Below the pieces are notes generated by a model, which worked only from the letters and a program-made list of their open reading frames with translations, did not search any database and was not told the origin of the DNA. From a virus (lineage: Duplodnaviria > Caudoviricetes), in IMG/VR virus record IMGVR_UViG_3300037308_000421, positions 1-31,723 of that record: a stretch of 31,723 nt of DNA; one strand, given 5' to 3'. The first letter of the stretch is position 1. The number at the start of each line of letters is the position of its first letter. Positions 1-8,796 of this stretch are shown here, piece after piece. Made by a program: the position numbers and the translations under genes.

Positions 1-2
1 TG

Positions 3-1187
3 TTCGGCATCGGCAAGCGCCGGGACGAGCTTATCTAGGAGAACCCGCTGCGCCTCGGTTCGATTGTTCTGATCGACCAGCGTGCGAATATACTGCCGCG
101 TCCGGTCGTCGAGAAAGGCGAGCCGGGAATTCAGCTCATCGGCGCCGCGCACCGGATCGGCGAGCGCGGTTGCAAGCTGTTCGGCTCCGGCCCTAGTTTC
201 GACGCCCATTGTGACCGCAAAGTTGCGAGCGATGCCGATGGCGCGGCTCATTTCCTCGGCGCCAATCTTGCCGGTGCGCAGGAATGCGACTTCCATTTCG
301 CGCGCGGCGGTGACCGAGACCTTGCCGGTGACGCTCGATGACTGGGCAACCCGCTCAAGTTCGGCGGCGGTCGCGCCCGAGGCGCGGCCAGCGCCCATCA
401 GCGCGGTGGTGACAGCGCGCGTTGACGCATCGTTCGCCACCCAGGCGGCGGTGAGGCCGACGACTGCCGCCGCAACCCCGATCGCGATCCCGCCCACCAC
501 GCCGAGCGCCGAGCCGAAAGCGGCAATCGTTCCGCGCAAGCCGCCGAAGGCCTGCGTTACCTGACCGCCCTGTTGCATGAGGATGGTCATCGGCGACATG
601 CCGGTCGACATCGACGCCACCACGTCGTTGAACGTGTATTGCAGCGTCAGAAGCTGGTTGCGGGTGAGGCCGGTTGCGCCGCCCACACCCTTGATCGCCT
701 GCGATGTCTGATCGAAGCGCTGCTTCGCCAGCGCCTGCGCGGCGGTGTGTTCAGCCGAGGTGATTGCGCCACGCTTGGCGAGCGTGGCGTATTCGGCGAG
801 TTCCTGGTTCAGGCGGGCCTGCGCCGCGCCGAGAGGGTCGATCGCGGCGCGCAGCGCATTGGCCCGTGCCGCGAAGCTTTCCGCCTCCCGCGCCGCATCC
901 TCGAAGACACCGGCGGAGTCGCGGGCGGATTTCGGGATCGGGCGGTCAACGTTCAGAACGGTGTTGAACCGCTTCTGCGACGCGTCGGCTTCGCCGGCCA
1001 TGCGCGCCGCTTCGGCCAGGCGCTTGAGCCGTGCAACCTCGCGGTCGGTTGCGGCGCCGGAGCGGTCCATCGCCTTCTCGACCGAGCCGAAGGCCAACTG
1101 ACCAGATTGTCCGACTTCCTCGAAGGCGCGCTTGATCTCCGCCTTCCCCTCAACGCCGAGGCGGATGGAGACATTCGTGGCGCTCAT
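3..1187 (-). CDS. Tail tape measure protein, N-terminal part (truncated by window edge)
   Basis: Not in ORF track; read manually from ATG 1187: MSATNVSIRLGVEGKAEIKRAF...LQYTFNDVVASMSTGMSPMTILMQQGGQVTQAFGG. Ala-rich helical with lambda-type TMP 'LMQQGGQ' motif; ATGA overlap with the upstream gene; follows the tail chaperones. Confidence 0.9.
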   Translation of the reverse strand, partial: MSATNVSIRLGVEGKAEIKRAFEEVGQSGQLAFGSVEKAMDRSGAATDREVARLKRLAEAARMAGEADASQKRFNTVLNVDRPIPKSARDSAGVFEDAAREAESFAARANALRAAIDPLGAAQARLNQELAEYATLAKRGAITSAEHTAAQALAKQRFDQTSQAIKGVGGATGLTRNQLLTLQYTFNDVVASMSTGMSPMTILMQQGGQVTQAFGGLRGTIAAFGSALGVVGGIAIGVAAAVVGLTAAWVANDASTRAVTTALMGAGRASGATAAELERVAQSSSVTGKVSVTAAREMEVAFLRTGKIGAEEMSRAIGIARNFAVTMGVETRAGAEQLATALADPVRGADELNSRLAFLDDRTRQYIRTLVDQNNRTEAQRVLLDKLVPALADAE

Positions 1188-1498
1188 GATGGATCAGCGT
1201 TCCGGCGATAGGCGTTGACGACGATGGGTTCAATCTCGGGCAGGACATCGACGAGAAGCGGGTTCAGCGCGCCCATGGCGTGGGCGAGCATCAGGATCGA
1301 CCCGAAATCGAGCGCATAGACGCCGCCCATCACCGCTCGAACCTGGCCAGCCGAACGGCGGATCACTGCCCACGCCAGCATTCCCTCGGAAGTCTCGGGC
1401 TCGTGTTCGTCGTATGGACAGCCCGCACAGCGCGAAGGACAGGCGGCGCAATAGCTTTCGCCACCGTCGAAGTGCCATTCGGCGAGGGCGATCAGACG
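1184..1498 (-). CDS. Tail assembly chaperone 'T' segment, probably expressed as a G-T fusion by -1 frameshift
   Basis: Frame of ORF 1184..1381 stays open up to the A7 run at 1499-1505 (RLIALAEWHFDGGESYCAACPSRCAGC...); lies between the chaperone and tape measure genes. Confidence 0.75.
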   Translation of the reverse strand, partial: RLIALAEWHFDGGESYCAACPSRCAGCPYDEHEPETSEGMLAWAVIRRSAGQVRAVMGGVYALDFGSILMLAHAMGALNPLLVDVLPEIEPIVVNAYRRNADPS

Positions 1499-1848
1499 TT
1501 TTTTTCGTCAAGCCTCGTCAGCGCCGGGCCGACATAGAGACGGTCGATGGCGTCGAAGGCGGGCCAGAGTTCGAGTAATTGCTCGATGGCCTCCTTGTCG
1601 GGATCAACCGGCTTACCCTTGGCGTCACCGATGCCCTCCCAGGCCACAATGCCGGTATGGGCGAGCGCGCGGGTGAAGGCCGCGCCCGCCTCGATCGTCG
1701 CCTGTTCGCCGCCGGCCTTCAGGGCCTCGCCCGCCGCGCCGCGCGCGATCAGCATGGCGGCGACCGAGACGGGGCGGAACTGGATGCGCACGCCGGGCAG
1801 CAAATCGAGCCAGAAGGGTTCGGCGGACACGGGTTCGAGCTTGAGCAT
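1492..1848 (-). CDS. Tail assembly chaperone (lambda gpG analogue), 118 aa
   Basis: ATG 1848 preceded by AAGGAG; MLKLEPVSAEPFWLDLLPGV...DEKNV; follows the tail tube gene and ends in a slippery run. Confidence 0.8.
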   Translation of the reverse strand: MLKLEPVSAEPFWLDLLPGVRIQFRPVSVAAMLIARGAAGEALKAGGEQATIEAGAAFTRALAHTGIVAWEGIGDAKGKPVDPDKEAIEQLLELWPAFDAIDRLYVGPALTRLDEKNV

Positions 1849-1889
1849 GGTGGCTCCTTCAGGTTTGGCGGGTTTCGAGGAAGGAAAGA

Positions 1890-3161
1890 TCAGTACGAGG
1901 CCACGTCGTTGGTCAAAACGACGGTGCAGGTCTTGGTCAGGACCGGATCGAGTGCTGCCTGCCAGGCGAAGGGCATCTGAATGCCGCCAGGTCCCTGAAT
2001 TTGCCGGTTGCCGCGCGGCAGGAACACGCGATGCGCGGTGAAGAGCAATGAGCGGCTGGCGTCGATGGTCCAGCCGAAGGCGATCTCGCACGGCGTGCGG
2101 GCGGTCGCCTGATCGAGCAGGCTCGTGTCCTGAAACCGCGCATTGAGATTGCCCGAGCATTTGACGATGCCCGGATCGGTATCGGCGATGCGCCCGTCGG
2201 ATCGGATGACCTCGATCTTTTCGAGGTTGTTCGAATACATCAGTTCCGCCGAGACGATATTGCCGAGCACCGCGCCGTTACGCGTGATCGATCCCTGGAA
2301 CTGGCTGAAGCGCTCGACATCAAGCGCGCTCGGCGTGCCTGCCGCCGTCGCGGTGGCCGTCGCCTCGCCTTGGGCGATCACGTTGACCGTGGCGGAGAGA
2401 AGCCCGGAGCGCTGCGCTTGGATTGAAAGGCTGTTCGCTCGCGCGCCATAGTTCATCCCGAAGAACGGCACGTCGGGAAGGCCGACCTCGATCGACATCG
2501 ACGGCAGGTTCTGCGTGCCGGAGACGAAGGTGTGGCCATTCGCGCCGCCGGTGAGCGTGGTGCCCGAGACCGTGCCGTTTGAAGCGGGTGCGGTGGACGC
2601 GGCGATCGTGAAGCTGTTGCCGCCAAGGCCTAGCGTGTCATGCGTGATCGTCAGCGTGTTTCCGCCCGTCTGGGCATAGGTCGCCGCTGCGACGGCCGGC
2701 ACGACGCTAGCGTTGAGGGCGGTCACGGCATTGGTCAGCGTTGCGCCGAGATTGGCACCGATCTGGATCTGGTTTCCGGTCGGCGCGGCGGAAACGAAGG
2801 TGAAGGCGGTTCCGGCGATCGTGATCGTTGCGTTCGCCACCGGCTGCGCCGAGAACAGGATCGAGCCCTTTGCGGCGACCGTCGCAACCGTGGTCGGATT
2901 GCCGAAGAGGCCCTTCAGCCAGAACCCGATGTTGCGGTGATCCATCGGAACGACGATGTCGCTTTCGTTCGACACCACGTCATAGGCTGGCGTCAGCGGA
3001 TCGCGGCCATAGCCGAGGAGATCGCTTTCGATCAGGGATTGCTCTTCGCCGAGGTTGGCCGAGACGAAGGGCAGCTTGCGAAAGCCCGTGCCGGGCGTGA
3101 CGCCATAGGTGGCTTCAAACACCGCTGCCATGACGGCGTTGGCGCCGCGTGCGCGTGCCAT
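1890..3161 (-). CDS. Phage tail tube (major tail) protein with internal Ala/Thr/Gly-rich domain
   Basis: 423 aa; MARARGANAVMAAVFEATYG...LGEEQSLIESDLLGYGRDP N-terminus and IQGPGGIQ..FAWQAA C-terminus typical of this tube family; AGGAG RBS; position. Confidence 0.85.
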   Translation of the reverse strand: MARARGANAVMAAVFEATYGVTPGTGFRKLPFVSANLGEEQSLIESDLLGYGRDPLTPAYDVVSNESDIVVPMDHRNIGFWLKGLFGNPTTVATVAAKGSILFSAQPVANATITIAGTAFTFVSAAPTGNQIQIGANLGATLTNAVTALNASVVPAVAAATYAQTGGNTLTITHDTLGLGGNSFTIAASTAPASNGTVSGTTLTGGANGHTFVSGTQNLPSMSIEVGLPDVPFFGMNYGARANSLSIQAQRSGLLSATVNVIAQGEATATATAAGTPSALDVERFSQFQGSITRNGAVLGNIVSAELMYSNNLEKIEVIRSDGRIADTDPGIVKCSGNLNARFQDTSLLDQATARTPCEIAFGWTIDASRSLLFTAHRVFLPRGNRQIQGPGGIQMPFAWQAALDPVLTKTCTVVLTNDVASY

Positions 3162-3224
3162 GGGAATACTCCTGTCGTTGTTGGTTCAGTTGCAAAGGCC
3201 TAAGCGAAGTCGAAGGGCCGTCGA

Positions 3225-3659
3225 TCAGTTCAACGGATCGGTCGTCGCGTAGACGGCGAGGATCGCGAGATCGGCGAAGCGTCCGGGCAAGGCGCCGAGC
3301 GCTTCGATATCGTCCGTCACCGGCGCTTCGGCTTCGATCCAGTCGCACAGCCCGCCGAGCGTCCGGTTCGCCATAACCGCGGCGCCGATCGCCCCGAGCA
3401 TGGCGTCCAGCACCTGCTCTCGGCTGAGCGTGGCGCTCTCGTAGGCGGCGATCTCAAGCGGGATGCGGTGCGAATAGAGATAGGTCAGCGGCGAGAGGCT
3501 GACTTCCGGTTCGCCCGGATCGCCGTCGCGGATCACAACCAGGCCTCCGGGCGGAATGCGTTCGGCCTTGGCCAGATTGCGCTTCACCTCCGCGCCCGGC
3601 AGGGCAGCGGCGACAAGCGCCTTCACCGCCGCGAGGACGGTTTCGCGTTTCGAAGCCAT
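3225..3659 (-). CDS. Putative tail terminator/completion protein
   Basis: 144 aa directly upstream of the tail tube gene; IRDGDPGEP and RTLGGLCDW motifs recurrent in such prophages; function assigned by synteny. Confidence 0.6.
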   Translation of the reverse strand: MASKRETVLAAVKALVAAALPGAEVKRNLAKAERIPPGGLVVIRDGDPGEPEVSLSPLTYLYSHRIPLEIAAYESATLSREQVLDAMLGAIGAAVMANRTLGGLCDWIEAEAPVTDDIEALGALPGRFADLAILAVYATTDPLN

Positions 3660-3673
3660 GGTGGACCAAGCCT

Positions 3674-4306
3674 TCAGGATTGCGGCCAGTGCCGCGCGAT
3701 CAGCGAGGGCACGCGCGCGGCTTGCCGTTTGGCGGCGCTCTCGACATCGAGGCGCTTCTTTAGGGTGACCTGCGGAACCAGAATGAACACGATGACGCTG
3801 GCTTGGCCTGATTTACGGCGATTTCGAGCGGCAAGCCCGCGCGCATTGATCCGGGCATCATCGGCCACCAGCAGCGAAGGACGGCCGCGCCGATAGACGA
3901 ACCGAAGCTTCAGGCCGGTTCGCCGTTGCCAGCCTTCCGGCGTGATCTTCTCGCGCGAGCCCGCCGCACTTCGCCCGCTCTTGCCGGCGGCGGCGGTCGC
4001 GATCGCCAGGAACAGACCGCGTGCCGAACGGATCACCACGCCACGGTCAAAGGCATCGACGATCTTCGGCGCGCGTGACCAGACATAGGCAGCGGCTTCG
4101 GCACTCTCGCCGACCTCGGGAAATGTCTTTCCCCGCCATGTCCGCGATAGCCGTTCACCGAGCCCGGCTGCGACGACATCCTCGCGGAGATCCTGCTTCA
4201 GGCCATCGGCGGCATCGCGCATCCCCGACGTGACTGCGCGCTCGATATCCTTCTCGGTTTCAGCAAGCACTTTGCTGAGATTGGGACGCTGGATGGTGAA
4301 CCGCAT
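3674..4306 (-). CDS. Neck/tail completion protein (DUF6441-like)
   Basis: 210 aa basic protein (VWSRAPKIVDAFDRG, IVFILVPQVTLKKRLD) between the head-closure and terminator genes. Confidence 0.65.
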   Translation of the reverse strand: MRFTIQRPNLSKVLAETEKDIERAVTSGMRDAADGLKQDLREDVVAAGLGERLSRTWRGKTFPEVGESAEAAAYVWSRAPKIVDAFDRGVVIRSARGLFLAIATAAAGKSGRSAAGSREKITPEGWQRRTGLKLRFVYRRGRPSLLVADDARINARGLAARNRRKSGQASVIVFILVPQVTLKKRLDVESAAKRQAARVPSLIARHWPQS

Positions 4307-4309
4307 GGA

Positions 4310-4630
4310 TCACACCTTTACGGCCTCGCAGGCCGATACAAGCCCGAGCGGATCGCCCATCGGTTCGCCGATGATCCGATAAGCCTCGGCGCCGATCTCG
4401 ATCAGATCGCCCTCGGTGATCGCTGCGGCCTGCGAGCGGCGGATATCGATGCCGATTGTCGGCAATACGGCGCGGCTTTCGCCGAATTCCGCCATGCGGT
4501 CTGGCGACTTGCGGATGATGCGGACAGCAACGCCTGCGCCGACACCGCCTGCTTTCCACAGCGCGTCTTCGCCGAGATTGGGATCGGCGAAGAGCGCATC
4601 GATGGCCGATGTGAAGGCGGACATCGTCAT
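4310..4630 (-). CDS. Head-tail joining (head closure, FII-like) protein
   Basis: 106 aa, ATGA-coupled to the upstream gene; beta-rich C-terminus EGDLIEIGAEAYRIIGEP; synteny. Confidence 0.7.
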   Translation of the reverse strand: MTMSAFTSAIDALFADPNLGEDALWKAGGVGAGVAVRIIRKSPDRMAEFGESRAVLPTIGIDIRRSQAAAITEGDLIEIGAEAYRIIGEPMGDPLGLVSACEAVKV

Positions 4631-4962
4631 GCGGTTCCATTGAGGCGAACCCGACCAATGGTCTCACCAGCGCCATTGCCGACGGCTTCGACTGCCGCGC
4701 CGATCAGCGTGTTGCTTCCGACCGTCTTGGTGGCCTCCTTGTTGGTGTTGTCCCAATAGATCTTGTCGCCGACGCTCCACGCCTGCGATGCGGTCTTTTT
4801 CAGATCGAAGACACCGACGAGGCAGGCTTCCACCTGCTCGGCAAGGATTGCGGAAGCCGTCGCGATCCCGAAAATCGAGCCGACGAGAAGGCCGTCGCCG
4901 GAGGCAACAGCATAGGGAGCGGCGAGCGTGATCGTTCGCCCGGGCTGGACGTAATTCTTCAT
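4627..4962 (-). CDS. DUF2190-like capsid decoration/cement protein, 111 aa
   Basis: ATG 4962 after GGAG; MKNYVQPG...GVFDLKK...GDKIYWD...IG...VRLNG signature; follows the capsid gene. Confidence 0.85.
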   Translation of the reverse strand: MKNYVQPGRTITLAAPYAVASGDGLLVGSIFGIATASAILAEQVEACLVGVFDLKKTASQAWSVGDKIYWDNTNKEATKTVGSNTLIGAAVEAVGNGAGETIGRVRLNGTA

Positions 4963-5008
4963 GGAACTGGCTCCGAGATGGTGGTGAAGATACTGGCAGG
5001 TTCGAAGA

Positions 5009-6976
5009 TCAAGCGCCTGGGTTGCGGAAGAGACCGCGCCAATCGATCGCCTTCGCGCCGAAGTCGAGACGGCACTTGATCTCGACGCCGTCGACATCGA
5101 AGCCGTTGCGCGTCTCGATGTAGGCGCCCTGCTGGCCTTCGAGATAGGCGTATTCGATGGTGTCGATCTGGGCGGGGTTCGCCGCCAGATACCAGGCCGT
5201 GAGGCTCGCGGCATCGAGACGAGGCTCGGAGATCGGCGTCAGGGTTCGGATCGAGGACGGGACCACGTTGCCGGTCTGGGCAGGCACGAGGTTCTGCGCC
5301 ACCAGCTGCTCGGCCGCGAGTTCGAGCGCGGCAGGCACGATGAGATAGGCGGGTCGGACGTTGAGGATCGTCTTCTTGTCCAGCCCCGTCTGCCTAGCCA
5401 TGGCAGCGCGCGCGGCGCCGATCGCGGTGACGCTGAGCGCGGTGGCCGGGTTCGCCAGATTGCCGTGGTTCTGGTGGAACAGCGCGATGGAGTCGCTCAT
5501 GGCGGCGTTGGCCAGGATGATGCCCCAGACCACATCGCTCTCCAGCGTGGCGATCGCCGTGCCATACATCGCCGGAATGCGGGTGAAGGCGTCGAGATCG
5601 TCGTTGATGAGGACCTGCCGCGTGACCGCAACGACGCGACCGTAGGTCTCGACACGGTAGCTCTCGCGCCCTTCGGCGAGGGTGCCGCGCTTGAACTCGC
5701 CGCCCTCGTTCACCTTGACGAGCTGCGGCGCTTCGCCGAGCTGGACACGGTGCATCGCCTTGAAGTCGGTCGCGAGCACCTGTCGGCAGAAGGGAACGTA
5801 AGTGCGTGGATAGGCATCGTAGGCCTGCCGCAGCGTCTTGCCCGTCACGGCGGCGAGAACCTCCGGAAAGTCCGAAGTGGAGTGAAGGGCGCGCGTGGCG
5901 ATCTCGTCGCGGGAAAGCCCGCGCACATTGACGCCTGCGGATGCCAGGAACTCGCGGGCAAGCTCGATCAGGGTCAGGCCGCGATACTCCCGCGCCGGCT
6001 CGGCAAGCGGAAACAGCGTTGGCGAGTGACGGTGCAGCAACGCGCCTGCGACAGCTTCGCGCCGCGTGACGCGCTCGTCGCGCCCGCCCATCGGGCTTGC
6101 CGCCTGCGCGAACACCCGCGTCTCGTCCGCCGTCGAGGCGAGCGTGTCGAGGATCTCACGGCGGGCATCCTCGATCGCGACACCTCGCTTCACGAGGTCA
6201 TCCGCTTGGGCACGCTTCAGGCCAAGACGGGCCTGCAGATCGAAGATCGCGGAGACCCGGTTGCGTTCGGCATCGCGCGCCCGGGCTGCGATCGCATCGG
6301 GATCGAGCGGCGGTTCGGGACGGCGCGCCGGAGGTTCCAGAGCATCGAGACGAGTTTCGGTAGTGGCGTTCTGCTCAAGGGGTTCGGGCGTGTCGTCCAT
6401 GGCTGTTTTCTCCTCGATGGAAACGTCGGCACGGTGGACGACGCAGGGATGAAGGGGTTCGTCGGCGCGGAAGCCCGCCGCCGGATCAGCGCCAATGGGC
6501 ACTGCGGAAATCTCGAACGGCGTCCAATCGACCGCGCGCCACAGCTCGGGCGCGCCCGCCTGCTTGGTCACCTCGAAGCGATGGACCTGGTAGCCGATCG
6601 AGACCGCACGGATGTGTCCGGCCTCGACGTCCTTCCAGAGCGGTTCGACTTCAGCCCGGTCGGAGAAGCGGACACGGGCGATGCCGCGTCCGTTCTCGAT
6701 GCGAGCGCTGCCCGGCACGACCGAGCCGATGACGCTGTCGAGCACGGAGGCATCGTGCACCTTCAGGAGCGGCGCACCCGCGTTCAGGCGATCGAGACGG
6801 ACGGCGCGCGGATCCATCGCCAGTTCCTCGTCGAAGGGATCGCCGAAAAACGGATTGCGGCGCACGCGCGCGCCTGTGGACCAGACCACGTCGATGGTGC
6901 GCTCGGCCGCATCGATCGACGCAGGCAACAGGTCCGCCGCCCGCGTCAGCGGTGGCAGGTTGATATGTCGGTTCAT
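5009..6976 (-). CDS. Prohead protease / major capsid fusion protein
   Basis: 655 aa; N-terminal HK97-type protease motifs (LLKVH, AVSIGY, WTPFEISAVPIGAD), linker/scaffold, then capsid domain (HSTSDFP, LINDDL, RLDFGAKAIDWRG). Confidence 0.92.
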   Translation of the reverse strand: MNRHINLPPLTRAADLLPASIDAAERTIDVVWSTGARVRRNPFFGDPFDEELAMDPRAVRLDRLNAGAPLLKVHDASVLDSVIGSVVPGSARIENGRGIARVRFSDRAEVEPLWKDVEAGHIRAVSIGYQVHRFEVTKQAGAPELWRAVDWTPFEISAVPIGADPAAGFRADEPLHPCVVHRADVSIEEKTAMDDTPEPLEQNATTETRLDALEPPARRPEPPLDPDAIAARARDAERNRVSAIFDLQARLGLKRAQADDLVKRGVAIEDARREILDTLASTADETRVFAQAASPMGGRDERVTRREAVAGALLHRHSPTLFPLAEPAREYRGLTLIELAREFLASAGVNVRGLSRDEIATRALHSTSDFPEVLAAVTGKTLRQAYDAYPRTYVPFCRQVLATDFKAMHRVQLGEAPQLVKVNEGGEFKRGTLAEGRESYRVETYGRVVAVTRQVLINDDLDAFTRIPAMYGTAIATLESDVVWGIILANAAMSDSIALFHQNHGNLANPATALSVTAIGAARAAMARQTGLDKKTILNVRPAYLIVPAALELAAEQLVAQNLVPAQTGNVVPSSIRTLTPISEPRLDAASLTAWYLAANPAQIDTIEYAYLEGQQGAYIETRNGFDVDGVEIKCRLDFGAKAIDWRGLFRNPGA

Positions 6977-6993
6977 GAAAGTGGTCCTTGAGA

Positions 6994-8502
6994 TCAGCCG
7001 AGCGACGGGTCGGTTGCCGACTGCATCACGCCGGTTTTCGTCACGCGCCGCGGATCGCTATCGAGAATGAGCCCGAGGGCGTCGATCTTGGCGTTCATGG
7101 CGGCGATCTCGGCGAGAACCGCGTCGGGGTTGTGGCCCTGACGGGCGATGGCCTGTGCCAGCGACATGGTGCCCGAGCGCAACGCCAAGAGATCGGCCAT
7201 CGCGTCCTTCAGCGGGTCCACGGCTTCGAAACGCGGTGGAGACCATTCGACCGCAATGTCCGGCCGCGGCAGTTTCCCGGCCGCCCATGCGGCCTGGCAG
7301 AACCAGACCCAAATGGGCTGGCAGAGAACCGGAATGACGATCTGCCATTGGACGGCGTCGATCAGGCGGCGAAACTCCACGAGTCCCGCCCGGATCGACG
7401 AATAGTTGACCTGGCTTAGGTCCCCGGTCAGCAGCTCGTAGGGCATGCGGAAACCGGCCGCCACGATGTGAAGCTGCGCGCGGAGCCACTCGCCGACGCC
7501 CGCCGTCGTGGCGGGCTGATTGAAGCGGATGTCCTTGCCGCCGCGCGCATAGGCGATCAGCCCGGGCTCGAACTGCTCGACGCGATTGCCATCGGCGTCG
7601 ACCACCGACGGGGCGATACCCTGATCGGCTTCGTCGGCGCCAAGCACAATGCCGACGACGCAGGCTTCCGTCTTCTTGCGGACCAGCTCGGCCTGCGTCC
7701 AGTCATCGAGATCGCGCAGCGCCCGCATCACCGGCGTACCCCATGGGACGCCGCGAACCTGCGTGCGCTGCTTCTCGTAAAGATGCAGCACTTCGCTCGC
7801 CGGGATGGCGAGGCTCTCCAGACGTCGACGCATGGTGACGACGGCGTCGCCAGGGTGCTGGGCATGGAGCCAATAGGCGCGGCGTCGGCCTAGAGGATCG
7901 AACTCGATGCCCTGAAGCAGCCTCCCGCCATCGGCGAGATCGCCGTTGCGCGTGTTGTCCAGTAGATCGGCTTCGATGATCTGGACCTGGAGCGGCACGG
8001 CCAGACCATCGCTGAGACGGCGCGGGCGTCGACGGATCAGCACCTCGCCAGCTTCGATCATTTCCCGGACGGCGAGGGTCTGCAGCCCGAAGATGTCGAG
8101 CTGTCCGTCGGCGTCGCAGGCGGCGGTCCACTCGGTCCAGAGTCGGTCCACCGTCTCGTCGAGCCTGGCGTCGCCCGTGGCAGCGCGTGGAATGATGCCG
8201 CTGCCGACGATGTTGTTGACCAGGACGGACACGGCCTTCGCCGCGTGCGGATTGTTGCGGGTGAGATCGCGCATGCGATCCCGCAGCAGGCCGCTGGCGG
8301 CCGCGATCTCGGCATCAGCCGAGGTTCCCGCGGCCTTCCATCCGTTGGTGCGCCGCCCCTTGGCCGCGCCGTCATAGCCGCGGGAATTGCCATTGGTCTT
8401 GGCGCTCAGCGCCTCGAAGCTGCGCCGCGCGAGCGCGCGTCTCACGCCTGCCTCTGGCGCGGCCCACGCCACCATCCGGTCGAGGAAGGTGATCTGGCTC
8501 AC
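6994..8502 (-). CDS. Lambda-family portal protein
   Basis: 502 aa; LRDRMRDLTRNNP, QVRGVPW, LTGDLSQVNYSSIRAG, VDPLKD motifs; GTGA-coupled to the gpW-like gene. Confidence 0.93.
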   Translation of the reverse strand: MSQITFLDRMVAWAAPEAGVRRALARRSFEALSAKTNGNSRGYDGAAKGRRTNGWKAAGTSADAEIAAASGLLRDRMRDLTRNNPHAAKAVSVLVNNIVGSGIIPRAATGDARLDETVDRLWTEWTAACDADGQLDIFGLQTLAVREMIEAGEVLIRRRPRRLSDGLAVPLQVQIIEADLLDNTRNGDLADGGRLLQGIEFDPLGRRRAYWLHAQHPGDAVVTMRRRLESLAIPASEVLHLYEKQRTQVRGVPWGTPVMRALRDLDDWTQAELVRKKTEACVVGIVLGADEADQGIAPSVVDADGNRVEQFEPGLIAYARGGKDIRFNQPATTAGVGEWLRAQLHIVAAGFRMPYELLTGDLSQVNYSSIRAGLVEFRRLIDAVQWQIVIPVLCQPIWVWFCQAAWAAGKLPRPDIAVEWSPPRFEAVDPLKDAMADLLALRSGTMSLAQAIARQGHNPDAVLAEIAAMNAKIDALGLILDSDPRRVTKTGVMQSATDPSLG

Positions 8503-8708
8503 CGGTCGCCCCGCCCGAACCCGGCATAGCCCGCGATTGGGCGCGACACGCTGGACGATGCCGTGATCTCGGTCTCGATGGTGCGGATCCGCTTCAACAG
8601 GTCGTCCGCCGAGCCATATTCAACGGTCTTGCCGTCATAGCTGACCCGGAGTGTGCCGCTCGCATAGGCGCGCTTCAGCGCATCGAGTTCATCGGTCGTC
8701 CAGGCCAT
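8499..8708 (-). CDS. gpW-like head-tail joining protein
   Basis: 69 aa between terL and portal; ALKRAYASGTLRVSYDGKTVEY; GAGGAG RBS. Confidence 0.85.
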   Translation of the reverse strand: MAWTTDELDALKRAYASGTLRVSYDGKTVEYGSADDLLKRIRTIETEITASSSVSRPIAGYAGFGRGDR

Positions 8709-8744
8709 GACGGCTCCTCGCTTGCACTCGAAGCGTTTGACGCT

Positions 8745-8769
8745 CGAAAAGCTCCACCGGAGCTTTTCG
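8745..8769. repeat. Perfect 11-bp inverted repeat (intergenic hairpin)
   Basis: CGAAAAGCTCC-ACC-GGAGCTTTTCG between terL and gpW. Confidence 0.8.
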
Positions 8770-8796
8770 TTCGCTCAGGCGAAGCGCTCCCCACCC

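Noticed and set aside
4963-5214. DUF2190 frame open into the capsid 3' end (possible capsid-decoration fusion)
   Set aside because: It would need a +1 shift with no evident slippery site; the gene has its own RBS and ATG at 4962.
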